Part shown: piece by piece, positions 20,289 through 29,672 of the stretch
Position numbering within the stretch: the first letter of the stretch is position 1
How the letters are laid out: each line of letters starts with the position of its first letter
Source: Nitrospirota bacterium
GTDB lineage: Bacteria > Nitrospirota > Nitrospiria > Nitrospirales > Nitrospiraceae
NCBI GenBank assembly: GCA_963703955.1
Contig: CAVPGK010000014.1
Span: 32,001 to 96,000 of the forward strand
DNA length: 64,000 bases
Reading direction: 5' to 3'
The notes under the pieces: model-generated
Databases searched by the model: none
Told to the model about the DNA's origin: nothing
What the model saw: the letters and a program-made list of their open reading frames with translations, nothing else
Program-made: the position numbers and the translations under genes

Positions 20289-20497
20289 TGCAGCGCCCTT
20301 GTCGGATTGTTGTCTCTAGAACTCGACGCACTTCTTCCAGCATCGTGTCGGAACGCAGAGTGAGCCGTATCTTTGCTCCGGTTGCAAGGTGGCTTCCGGG
20401 GAGTTGATTGAGAACGCGGTGGCTTCTGCGCCATGGGGTGGTCTAGCTCGGGTAGGGCGACGGTGTCGGTGACACCGACCTGTGAGGCAGATCCGCG

Positions 20498-21286
20498 GTG
20501 AAAATCCGTGTGCTGGGGTGCCATGGCTCAGACCAAGTCCTTGATGGAGACCCCGCACCAGTCCAATGCCGCACGTGTGGATTCCTCATCAATGACACTG
20601 TCATGGTGGATGCGGGGACAATCGGCGCTGCGCTGACCCTCCAGGAAGAGAAGCGCATCCGGCATGTTCTGCTTAGCCATCTCCACTTCGATCATATCCA
20701 GGGGTTGCCGACGCTCGCAGATAACCTGGTTGAGGATGCTGGTGACCCGGTAGTGATTACCAGCATTCCCGACGTGTTGAACGGTCTCGTGGCGCACATT
20801 TTCAACGACATGGTCTATCCGAATTTCTTGAAGTTGCCGACCCCGCAGCAGCCCGTGTTTACGCGTCGCGCCTTGGAAGCCGGGAAATCGAGCGAAGTGG
20901 TAGGTCTTCAGGTCATGCCCGTTCACGTGAACCACTTGGTCCCCGCGGTGGGCTTTGTGATTCGTGAAGGCTCCTCGTCCATTCTCTATAGTGGGGACAC
21001 CTATGAGACCGACGAGATCTGGGCCGTGGCGCGGCGAGAGCCGACGCTGAAAGCCGCCTTTATTGAAACATCGTTTCCGGATCAGATGGCGGACATGGCT
21101 ATGGCGAGTCGGCACCTGACGCCATCCCTGTTCGCGCGGGAGTTTCGGAAAATCGGGCGCCCTGGTCTCCCGGTCTATGTGTATCATCTGAAACCAAGAT
21201 GGCGCGCGGTCATTGGGGAACAACTCAAAGGCCTGCACGTTGAGAATTTGACGATACTGAAGGAAGGACAGGTCATCGAAATCTAG
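20498..21286 (+). CDS. Class II 3',5'-cyclic nucleotide phosphodiesterase (metallo-beta-lactamase fold)
   Basis: 'VLGCHGS', 'VDAGT', 'LSHLHFDHIQG', 'FNDMVYPNF', 'YSGDT', 'IETSFP', 'HLTP', 'YHLKP'. Confidence 0.85.
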   Translation: MKIRVLGCHGSDQVLDGDPAPVQCRTCGFLINDTVMVDAGTIGAALTLQEEKRIRHVLLSHLHFDHIQGLPTLADNLVEDAGDPVVITSIPDVLNGLVAHIFNDMVYPNFLKLPTPQQPVFTRRALEAGKSSEVVGLQVMPVHVNHLVPAVGFVIREGSSSILYSGDTYETDEIWAVARREPTLKAAFIETSFPDQMADMAMASRHLTPSLFAREFRKIGRPGLPVYVYHLKPRWRAVIGEQLKGLHVENLTILKEGQVIEI

Positions 21287-21320
21287 GAAGGCTCAGGTTT
21301 AGTATACCTCTTGTCTCTCT

Positions 21321-22157
21321 ATGGCTTGGTTCAAGAAACAAAAGACAGCAACCCCCGAAACTCCGCGGCGATCCAAGTCGGTCGAAGGGATGTGGCTTAA
21401 GTGCAACCACTGCCGGGAAATCGTTTATCGCAAGGAAGTCGATCGCAACAATAAAGTCTGCCCGAAATGCGATTATCATTTTCCAATCTCAGTGTCGGAA
21501 CGCATTGCCCTGCTCGCAGACCTCGGTACGTTTCGAGAGTTGGATGCGGACATCGAGCCTCAAGACCCCTTGAAGTTTACCGACACGCAATCCTATCAGG
21601 ACCGGCTCAGGGCGCAGCAGGAGAAAACGGGTCGGAAAGATGCGTTGGTCGTCGGCGAAGCGGCCATCAATGGGCGGCGCGTAGCGCTGGCGGTCTTTGA
21701 CTTCGGGTTCATGGGCGGCAGCATGGGCTCGGTCGTGGGGGAAAAATTCTGCCGCGCGGCAGAGCGGGCCCAAACATCCCGCTATCCTCTCGTGCTGATT
21801 ACGACCTCAGGCGGCGCGCGCATGCAGGAAGGGATTCTTTCCTTGATGCAGATGGCCAGGACAGCGGCAGCTGTCGCGAAGCTCGCTGAGGCACGGGTGC
21901 CGTTCATTTGCATTTTGGCCGATCCGACCTTTGGAGGGGTGACGGCGAGCGTAGCGATGCTGGGCGATGTCATCATTGCAGAACCGAAGGCGCTGATCGG
22001 GTTCGCCGGACCTCGCGTGATCGAGCAGACCATCAAGCAGCAATTGCCGGAGGAATTTCAACGAGCGGAATTTCTCCTGGAACACGGCATGATCGATATG
22101 ATCGTGGAACGCAAGCAATTGAAAGAAGCCCTCAGCACTCTGCTGAGTCATTTGTAA
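21321..22157 (+). CDS. accD: Acetyl-CoA carboxylase carboxyltransferase beta subunit
   Basis: Zn finger CNHC/CPKC, '[13 protein letters not shown]', 'SGGARMQEG', '[12 protein letters not shown]'. Confidence 0.97.
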   Translation: MAWFKKQKTATPETPRRSKSVEGMWLKCNHCREIVYRKEVDRNNKVCPKCDYHFPISVSERIALLADLGTFRELDADIEPQDPLKFTDTQSYQDRLRAQQEKTGRKDALVVGEAAINGRRVALAVFDFGFMGGSMGSVVGEKFCRAAERAQTSRYPLVLITTSGGARMQEGILSLMQMARTAAAVAKLAEARVPFICILADPTFGGVTASVAMLGDVIIAEPKALIGFAGPRVIEQTIKQQLPEEFQRAEFLLEHGMIDMIVERKQLKEALSTLLSHL

Positions 22158-22255
22158 GCGTGACGCGCGAGGGGTAAGAAGCCGGAGGTTAGAGGGTTAA
22201 GGCGGCCTCAACTGTTGGCTGAACCCCTTGATCCCGTTCTTCGCTCTTGGTTCCT

Positions 22256-23554
22256 ATGACATCGTACGCCGAAACCCTTCACTTTTTGTACGGGCTTCAG
22301 AAGCACGGCGTGAAGTTGGGCTTGGAAACCGTGGCTTCACTGCTCCGGCGGTTGGGCGATCCACAGACTCGGTATCCCGTCCTTCACATTGGAGGAACGA
22401 ATGGGAAAGGTTCGACGGCCGCGATGACGGCCTCGATCCTGCAAGCCTCGGGTTTGCGCATCGCGCTGTACACCTCTCCGCATCTTGTTGCGTTCAACGA
22501 ACGTATCCGTGTGAACGGCGAAACGATCGGCAATGAGGAGATTGTCGACCTTACCGTGCGCCTCCGGAGGGTCGCGGGAGCCACGCTGGATCCGACATTT
22601 TTCGAATTTACGACGGCCATGGCGTTTCAATATTTTGCAGACAGAGCAGCGGATGTGGCTGTCCTGGAGGTTGGGATGGGAGGGCGGTTTGACGCCACCA
22701 ACGTGGTGACGCCCCTGGTCTCGGCCATCACGAATGTCGCGTTGGATCACCAAGCCTATTTAGGAGAGACCGTCGGCGCGATCGCATTTGAGAAAGCGGG
22801 GATTGTCAAGCCTCAGGTGCCGCTTGTGGTCGGACGTCTCAGCCCGGGCGCGGCGACGGTCATCGAATCTGTGGCTGTGGAGCGTCAGGCGCCCGCCTTC
22901 CGGTTGAACAAAGAATTTCGGGTCGAGGGGAATTCGATGGCGGAATTTGGGTACGCAGGTATGCAATGGTCGTTTGCTCATCTCTCTTGTCCACTCCCCG
23001 GCGCCCATCAACTCGACAATGCCGGGTGCTCGCTCGCGACGCTCGAACTGGCCTCTGATCATGGATTCCACGTCTCGGAGGACGCGGTTCGAGCCGGGTT
23101 GCGCTCGGTCCAGTTGGAAGGCCGTCTGGAAACCGTCGAGCGCCAGCCGTTGCTGGTCTTGGACGGCGCCCACAATCCGGCAGCCGGAAGGGCCCTCGCC
23201 GATCATCTGGCTCGGCATCGCAGGGCGCATCCGGAGTCCCGAATTATCCTGGTGGTCAGCATGATGCGAGACAAGGATCGTCTCGGGTTTTTTCAGGCAG
23301 TCTTGCCGGTGACGGACGAGGTCGTCCTCACCCGAGCGCAGCTTGACAGGGCCGCGACGGTGGAGGAACTTCGCGACACGTTGGGAGACTGGAGCGGCGA
23401 GGTGACGGAATCGCCGTCGCCTGCCGAGGCATTGACCTTGGCTCGTAAACTGGCGTCCCCGGACGATCTCATTTGTGTAACAGGGTCTTTGATGCTGGTG
23501 GGTGATATCAAAGCTCTGTTGCGCGGGTGTGTTCTTTCTTCTCTCCGTGGCTGA
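22256..23554 (+). CDS. folC: Folylpolyglutamate synthase/dihydrofolate synthase
   Basis: 'HIGGTNGKGST', 'YTSPHL', 'EVGMGGRFDATN', 'IAFEKAGI', 'LDGAHN'; follows accD. Confidence 0.96.
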   Translation: MTSYAETLHFLYGLQKHGVKLGLETVASLLRRLGDPQTRYPVLHIGGTNGKGSTAAMTASILQASGLRIALYTSPHLVAFNERIRVNGETIGNEEIVDLTVRLRRVAGATLDPTFFEFTTAMAFQYFADRAADVAVLEVGMGGRFDATNVVTPLVSAITNVALDHQAYLGETVGAIAFEKAGIVKPQVPLVVGRLSPGAATVIESVAVERQAPAFRLNKEFRVEGNSMAEFGYAGMQWSFAHLSCPLPGAHQLDNAGCSLATLELASDHGFHVSEDAVRAGLRSVQLEGRLETVERQPLLVLDGAHNPAAGRALADHLARHRRAHPESRIILVVSMMRDKDRLGFFQAVLPVTDEVVLTRAQLDRAATVEELRDTLGDWSGEVTESPSPAEALTLARKLASPDDLICVTGSLMLVGDIKALLRGCVLSSLRG

Positions 23555-23555
23555 A

Positions 23556-25925
23556 ATGGGCCCACGCCCCTGGTTGGTGACCCGACCATTCGTTTTTCTG
23601 GCTTTCCTTCTTTGGTTGACTGGAATTCCCCTAGGTTTTGCCGCGCCGCAGGAGGCACCACCGGCCGTCTCAGTCAAACCACCCGCTCCCTCCGCGCAGC
23701 CGATTCAAATTACCGCCGAACACCTGGAGTATCTTCAAAACGTCGATGTGTATGAGGCGGACGGCTCCGTCGTGGTCGTCCAAGGGCCGGTCCGGCTGAC
23801 GGCCGACCATATCACGCTGATGATGCTGACGGGGACGATGGTCGCGACCGGACAGGTCCACCTGACGGATCCTACGAGCGACCTGCACGCGGAGCGTTTA
23901 GAGCTGGATGTCAATACCGACAGCGGGGTGGTGACCAACGGGAAGCTGTATATCAAGCAAAGCAACACTCTGATCACCGGCCGCATCCTGCAACGATTTT
24001 CGGAAAATCACTATCGGGCAAAAGACGGTTCCTTCACAAATTGCGATGCGCAGGAGGGACAGATTCCGGCCTGGCGTTTCACGTTTGAGGATTTCGACCT
24101 CAACGTGGGGGAAGGGGTGTATGGAAGGAAAGTCTGGTTTTGCGTCAACGACAAGCCTCTGATCCGGCTGCCCTCGATGTTCTATCCGATCCAGACTGCC
24201 CGCAAGACCGGATGGCTAATCCCGACGGCTGGGTACGACAACCGCTTTGGGCTGACGTATCGACAAAGCTTTTTCTGGGCGATCAATCCGCACCAAGACG
24301 CGATCATCTCTCCCAACTTCTTGAGCAATCGAGGGTATGGCGCCGATCTCGAGTATCGCTACGTCCTGAATCGGTTGTCCCGAGGCGAATGGCTGTTAAG
24401 TTTCCTTCAAGACACCAAAGAAAGCAAACCTCTCTTCTTGATGAGCGGACTCCATCGGCAGCAAGTGAACCCCGATCTCAGCATTAATGCGCGAGCGTTC
24501 CTGCTTTCCGATACGGATTACTTGAAGAACCTCAGCAACTCAGGCGTCCAGCGAGCGCTTCCAAGCGGCGATACATTTCTGAATGTCAATCAGCGCTTTA
24601 CGAACGGCAATCTCTATCTGCTGGGGCAATTCCTGCAGCCGATAAACGCCGGGGGAAAAGACAGCTTCCAGCGACTGCCCGAGATCGGGCACAGCCTCGT
24701 CAACGTCGCGCCGTTGAATGGACCCGTCCTGCTTGGAATGGATACAACGGTGATGAACTGGGGCAGGGAGGAAGGGTTCAGTTTTCAGCGGGTGGATCTC
24801 GTGCCGTCTCTGTCGACGGATGTGCTCAGTGTCGGTCATGTGGTGGGTGTCAGACCCCAAGTGCGGTTGCGAGAGGTCTTTTACACAAGGGGCGTGACCG
24901 GAGACGAATCGGTCAACCGGGTAACCTTTTGGGGCGCGCTTCAAGCCGATTCACGGCTGACTCGACGTTTCACGATCGGTGAAAACCGGAGCCTAATGCA
25001 TACGATCGAGCCGCGCGTGATCTATGAATTTGTTCCCGCGACGAACCAATCGGATATCATTCAGGTCGATGCCGTCGATAACCTTCCGTACAAGAACTTG
25101 ATCACCTATTCACTCACGAGCCGATTGTTCGAGCAGAAAGCCTCCGCGACGCTCAACAGCTGGATGGATCTGACGATTGCGCAGAGTTACCATGTGGGTA
25201 GGACGCAGAGCCAAGCCGTTGATTTTTTCTTCGCTGGGAATCCGCTTTTCGGGTCGGAAACTCAACCATTACAGCCTCCCACCGTGGGCGTGGACGGGAC
25301 CAAGTTTTCGAATATTTGGACCCGGGCGGTGATCGGCAATCCTGTGAACATCATAAGGGCGATCGATCACGTGCTGACGATCGACGCATTCTACGACCCC
25401 TATGGAGGAGGATTCAGCCAATTCAATGCCGATCTCCGGTTCCAGCATGGGAAGGAGTGGTATGTGGAGGTGGGGGAACGGCACACGAGAGCAGGAAATC
25501 GCCCTCAGCGGGGCGATATCTGGAATCCCTATTCGTTCGGTGATGTGTTCGCGCCCACCCCTGAAATAACCTTCGTCACACTGTCCGCCGCCTTCAAAGG
25601 CCCGTTCGGCCTGATCTTCGGGGCGAGAACCTACTACGACTTCCAGAACGGAAATAGCCCGGAAACCGATGTCGTCGCTCTCTACCGGAATCCCTGCCAA
25701 TGCTGGTCCGTGGGGTTCTACTATATTCAGTTCCCCGACCGGGTGAACTACAATTTTATGGTCAGCCTGACGGGCATCGGCGCGACGCAGAATTTCGGAA
25801 CGGAAATCATGAGGTATCTGCTCTATCCGCTGACGTACGGAGAGCGAGGGCTGCCGTGGGCTTCTCCCTACGGCGCGAGGACGACACCGACCCCGGCGGC
25901 CTCGCAACCTCTTGGCCTCCCTTGA
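23556..25925 (+). CDS. lptD: LPS assembly outer membrane protein
   Basis: Signal peptide, OstA-like N-domain ('ITAEHLEY','LTADHI'), 'FTNC', 'RLPE', 'HTIEPR', C-terminal 'CQCW'; start approximate. Confidence 0.85.
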   Translation: MGPRPWLVTRPFVFLAFLLWLTGIPLGFAAPQEAPPAVSVKPPAPSAQPIQITAEHLEYLQNVDVYEADGSVVVVQGPVRLTADHITLMMLTGTMVATGQVHLTDPTSDLHAERLELDVNTDSGVVTNGKLYIKQSNTLITGRILQRFSENHYRAKDGSFTNCDAQEGQIPAWRFTFEDFDLNVGEGVYGRKVWFCVNDKPLIRLPSMFYPIQTARKTGWLIPTAGYDNRFGLTYRQSFFWAINPHQDAIISPNFLSNRGYGADLEYRYVLNRLSRGEWLLSFLQDTKESKPLFLMSGLHRQQVNPDLSINARAFLLSDTDYLKNLSNSGVQRALPSGDTFLNVNQRFTNGNLYLLGQFLQPINAGGKDSFQRLPEIGHSLVNVAPLNGPVLLGMDTTVMNWGREEGFSFQRVDLVPSLSTDVLSVGHVVGVRPQVRLREVFYTRGVTGDESVNRVTFWGALQADSRLTRRFTIGENRSLMHTIEPRVIYEFVPATNQSDIIQVDAVDNLPYKNLITYSLTSRLFEQKASATLNSWMDLTIAQSYHVGRTQSQAVDFFFAGNPLFGSETQPLQPPTVGVDGTKFSNIWTRAVIGNPVNIIRAIDHVLTIDAFYDPYGGGFSQFNADLRFQHGKEWYVEVGERHTRAGNRPQRGDIWNPYSFGDVFAPTPEITFVTLSAAFKGPFGLIFGARTYYDFQNGNSPETDVVALYRNPCQCWSVGFYYIQFPDRVNYNFMVSLTGIGATQNFGTEIMRYLLYPLTYGERGLPWASPYGARTTPTPAASQPLGLP

Positions 25926-26020
25926 CAATGACGGGACCGGCCTGAATAATCCGGCGAGTCCCCTGGCTGGGCGAAACTTTCACAAATCCTCTGACTGTCG
26001 CTCGAAAGGATTAAGAGGCT

Positions 26021-28234
26021 ATGACTCACAAGAAGGATCAAGGGTTCTCCGTCAAAGACGTCATCCGCGTCAAGGATCAATTCTATATTCTCGCTAGCTC
26101 CTCACTGGCGGATGCTCGAACCCGAGTATTGAAGCAGGGCGAAACCTTTGCCGTCTTTGATCGTCACGGGGATGTCGGGCCGGTCGGGCTCGGGGTGCAG
26201 GGATTGTATCATGAGGGCACGAGGTTTTTGTCGAGGCTGGAATTGAGGCTGGGGAATGACCGGCCCATGCTCCTAAGCTCGACGGTAACGGACGACAACA
26301 TGCTGCTCACGGTGGACCTCACCAATCAGGATGTGTATGACAACGGCGAAATCAGCGTCTGTCGTGGAACCGTGCATCTGTCCCGCTCGATGTTCCTCTG
26401 GCAGGGACGGTGCTACGAGTGTCTTCGAATATGGAATTATGGCCTTATGTCCCTCGATCTGTCGTTTTCCTTTCAGTTTGAAGCGGACTTTGCCGATATC
26501 TTCGAGGTGCGAGGCCTGAAACGGAAGCAGAGGGGTAGACGCCTCGATCCCGTCGTGGAAAACGGAAGCATCGTCATGGCTTATGAAGGATTGGACGGAA
26601 TCACGCGTCGGAGTCGGCTCGAATGCTCTCCGGCACCACAGAGGGTTTCAGGAGCCTCCGCCCACTTTGAGACCCGGCTTCCGCAGAAAGGGGAGACGAC
26701 CGTCTTTCTGACCGTCTCGTGCGAGGTCCAGGAGACCTCACATCCCCGTCTTTCCTACTCGGACGCCCTTGTGGAAGCACGTAAGGCAAGCAGCGAGGTC
26801 TGGGGCCAGGACAGCCATATCTATACCTCCAACGAAGGATTCAATGATTGGCTGAATCGATCCGTCGCTGATCTCCATATGATGGTAACCATGACTTCGG
26901 AGGGCCCGTATCCCTATGCGGGCGTCCCGTGGTTCAGCACGCCTTTCGGTCGAGACGGCTTGATTACCGCGATGGCCTCCCTTTGGATCAACCCGAGCAT
27001 TGCTCGCGGGGTCCTGGCATATCTCGCCGCAACGCAGGCCAAGGACGTGGCGCCGGAGCAGGATGCCGAACCCGGTAAGATCCTGCATGAAACGCGGTGC
27101 GGCGAAATGGCGGCGTTGGCGGAGATTCCTTTCGGTCGCTATTACGGCAGCGTCGATGCGGTGCCGCTCTTTGTCATCTTGGCGGGGGAGTATTATCATC
27201 TGACCGGAGACCTCGCGTTTATCCGATCGATTTGGCCGAGCATCGAGCTTGCCTTGCAGTGGATGGAGACATACGGCGATGCGGATCACGATGGCTTTGT
27301 GGAGTATGCCAGGCAGTCTCCTCAAGGACTTGTTCAGCAAGGCTGGAAGGATTCGAAAGACTCCGTCTTCCATGCCGACGGGACATTGGCAGAAGGTCCC
27401 ATCGCCTTGTGCGAAGTGCAGGCGTACGTGTACGGAGCCAGGATCATGGCCGCCCACATGGCCGTGTCGCTCGGTCTTGGGGAGCGAGCGGATGCCTTCC
27501 TGGACCGCGCCGAGAACCTGCGACAGCGATTTGAGCAGACCTTTTGGAGTGAGGAACTCTCTACCTACGTCCTGGCTCTGGACGGAAAGAAACAGCCCTG
27601 TCGCGTTCGGACGTCGAATGCGGGACATTGTCTGTTGACGGGGATCGCGGATGGGGAGCGCGCTCGACGCATGGCTGAGGTGCTTATGCAGGATGATTCC
27701 TTTTCCGGATGGGGAATCAGAACTCTCGCCGCGTCCGAGGTTCGGTACAATCCGATGTCCTATCATAACGGCTCCGTGTGGCCTCACGATAATGCGTTGA
27801 TTGCAGCAGGATTCGCCCGCTACGGACTCAAGCAGCCTGTGCTGAAGATCTTGACGGGCCTATTTGATGCATCGTTGTTTTTGGACCTTCGTCGGTTGCC
27901 TGAACTCTTCTGTGGATTCGTACGACGGCCCAGCGAAGGTCCAACGCTCTACCCCGTCGCCTGCTCCCCTCAGGCCTGGGCGGCCGCCTCAGCGTTTCAC
28001 CTCCTTCAAGCCTGTCTGGGCCTTTCCATTGATGGAGCGACCGGACGACTGACCTTGACCAACCCGATCTTACCGGAGTTTCTTGAAGAGGTGCGGATCA
28101 GCAACCTCAAGGTCGGAAAGGCCAAGGTGGATTTGCTGTTCCAACGCTATCCGCAGGACATAAGTGTCCGTGTCCTTCGAATGGACGGACAGGTCGTCAT
28201 CGAAAAGACCGGTATCGGGTCGTCATCCCTCTAG
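26021..28234 (+). CDS. Amylo-alpha-1,6-glucosidase / glycogen debranching enzyme
   Basis: 'AGVPWFSTPFGRD', 'EPGKILHE', 'YYGSVDA', 'QGWKDS', 'SYHNGSVWPHDN', 'ACSPQAWA'. Confidence 0.93.
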   Translation: MTHKKDQGFSVKDVIRVKDQFYILASSSLADARTRVLKQGETFAVFDRHGDVGPVGLGVQGLYHEGTRFLSRLELRLGNDRPMLLSSTVTDDNMLLTVDLTNQDVYDNGEISVCRGTVHLSRSMFLWQGRCYECLRIWNYGLMSLDLSFSFQFEADFADIFEVRGLKRKQRGRRLDPVVENGSIVMAYEGLDGITRRSRLECSPAPQRVSGASAHFETRLPQKGETTVFLTVSCEVQETSHPRLSYSDALVEARKASSEVWGQDSHIYTSNEGFNDWLNRSVADLHMMVTMTSEGPYPYAGVPWFSTPFGRDGLITAMASLWINPSIARGVLAYLAATQAKDVAPEQDAEPGKILHETRCGEMAALAEIPFGRYYGSVDAVPLFVILAGEYYHLTGDLAFIRSIWPSIELALQWMETYGDADHDGFVEYARQSPQGLVQQGWKDSKDSVFHADGTLAEGPIALCEVQAYVYGARIMAAHMAVSLGLGERADAFLDRAENLRQRFEQTFWSEELSTYVLALDGKKQPCRVRTSNAGHCLLTGIADGERARRMAEVLMQDDSFSGWGIRTLAASEVRYNPMSYHNGSVWPHDNALIAAGFARYGLKQPVLKILTGLFDASLFLDLRRLPELFCGFVRRPSEGPTLYPVACSPQAWAAASAFHLLQACLGLSIDGATGRLTLTNPILPEFLEEVRISNLKVGKAKVDLLFQRYPQDISVRVLRMDGQVVIEKTGIGSSSL

Positions 28235-28277
28235 CTCTTCTCGCTCTGTGTCGATCTCCATGCCAGAGGAGGTCTCA

Positions 28278-28805
28278 ATGAAATGGCTCATCCCGCCCGC
28301 GCTTCTTCTCATCACGTGTACGCAATGCGTAGGTCTTGGTCGGGTGGATGCGGCCCCAGCAGCCGAGGGGACGCGGGATCATCTCAAGAGAGCCAAGGTC
28401 TTTCTGGCAGCAGGCGATTACCGCCGCGCGTTGGAAGCCTGTCAGAAAGAAGTGGAAGAGGCGCCTTCAGCGGCCAGCTACGTGTATCTGACCTATGTCT
28501 TTCAAGCGATCGACGGCTATCTGGATCATTTGGCGACCGCCGATCGTTGGGTGGGCGTGGAACAGCTCTACTGGAACTTGATCTCTCAAGGACCCCAGGA
28601 TCTGACCGATCCCCCGGATGTCTTGGCACGGATTGCCAAAGAAATCATTCAGGAGAGTTCCCGGAAACAGTCCGACGTGACGGCGGCGATGGCCGCGCGG
28701 CTGGATGCATCCGAGGTGACACGTCTCTGGAAGCAGCAGACGGCCTGGCGCAGCGAACGCCCTGTCGGCTGGTGGGCGGGCGTGCCCGCCGAGTGGGGGT
28801 GGTGA
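28278..28805 (+). CDS. Secreted TPR-like hypothetical protein
   Basis: GGAGG RBS, signal peptide, TPR-like 'AKVFLAAGDYRRALEAC'. Confidence 0.65.
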   Translation: MKWLIPPALLLITCTQCVGLGRVDAAPAAEGTRDHLKRAKVFLAAGDYRRALEACQKEVEEAPSAASYVYLTYVFQAIDGYLDHLATADRWVGVEQLYWNLISQGPQDLTDPPDVLARIAKEIIQESSRKQSDVTAAMAARLDASEVTRLWKQQTAWRSERPVGWWAGVPAEWGW

Positions 28806-28810
28806 AGCTG

Positions 28811-28907
28811 AGAGGGGTAGACGGACTGCCCTTTGTGCTCACGCAGCGCGCACGATCAGAATGTGCTCGCTGGACGCGCGCAGTAAAGGGCAGTCCGTCC
28901 ACCCTCT
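28811..28907. repeat. REP-like palindromic element (~23-bp arms)
   Basis: AGAGGGGTAGACGGACTGCCCTTT ... AAAGGGCAGTCCGTCCACCCTCT. Confidence 0.8.
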
Positions 28908-28963
28908 AGCTATTTTGCTGGGTTAAAAAGAACTGAGCTGACCCCGTCAATAAGGGAGGGCAT

Positions 28964-29137
28964 ATGACCTTCAAAGACTTCATGAGCCCGGCTTTAAAAG
29001 ACTTTGAGAAACATTTAAAACAACAGAGGATGACGGCCAACACGGTCGACAGTCGGATGAGAGGAGCTAGGGAATTTGCTCGGCATGTTTCTGGCGACCC
29101 TCATCTCTATGGCGAGCGCACGAAGGATAGTATTTGA
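28964..29137 (+). CDS. 57-aa ORF resembling a tyrosine-integrase N-terminal SAM-like (core-binding) segment
   Basis: Below ORF-track cutoff; AAGGGAGGG RBS; translates MTFKDFMSPALKDFEKHLKQQRMTANTVDSRMRGAREFARHVSGDPHLYGERTKDSI. Confidence 0.5.
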   Translation: MTFKDFMSPALKDFEKHLKQQRMTANTVDSRMRGAREFARHVSGDPHLYGERTKDSI

Positions 29138-29163
29138 CTGAAGAGACCACGGGCGCCGCTAGG

Positions 29164-29193
29164 TTGACAGTTTCGAGAGGCGTGGGTTACGAT
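29164..29193 (+). promoter_or_regulatory. Putative sigma-70 promoter of trxA
   Basis: TTGACA-N18-TACGAT; overlaps the ORF-track ATG, supporting the GTG start at 29222. Confidence 0.55.
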
Positions 29194-29221
29194 GACTGAT
29201 AGTTTAGTGAAGGAGGTCAGA

Positions 29222-29569
29222 GTGGGTACACTGGCAATGAAAGTTGACGAAAGCAGCTGGGACGCTGAGGTACTGGGGGCGTCCGGTTTGGTGATGGTGG
29301 ATTTTTGGGCGGTCTGGTGCGGTCCTTGTCAAATGGTCGCGCCGATTGTCGATGAGTTGGCCGGCGAATACGCAGGCAAGCTCAAGGTGATGAAACTCAA
29401 CACCGATGAAAATCCAGAAATTGCGGGTCGCTATCAGGTGATGAGTATTCCAACCATTGTCTTTTTCAAGAATGGACAGCCGGCCGAGAAGTTGATCGGA
29501 GCCAGGCCGAAGCGGCAATTTAAGGAAGTCATCGACACCCTACTCACGCAATCCTCCGCAAACGCATAA
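29222..29569 (+). CDS. trxA: Thioredoxin
   Basis: '[11 protein letters not shown]', 'MSIPT'; AAGGAGG RBS before GTG 29222. Confidence 0.96.
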   Translation: MGTLAMKVDESSWDAEVLGASGLVMVDFWAVWCGPCQMVAPIVDELAGEYAGKLKVMKLNTDENPEIAGRYQVMSIPTIVFFKNGQPAEKLIGARPKRQFKEVIDTLLTQSSANA

Positions 29570-29672
29570 CCGACTGGAGTCGGCGGTCGAGGGACGCATC
29601 AGGAGAGAAACGTGGGCGCAGGCGTTTCCATTCTGGCACGCATCGTCAGTCGCTGATGGTTCATCGCGTGGC

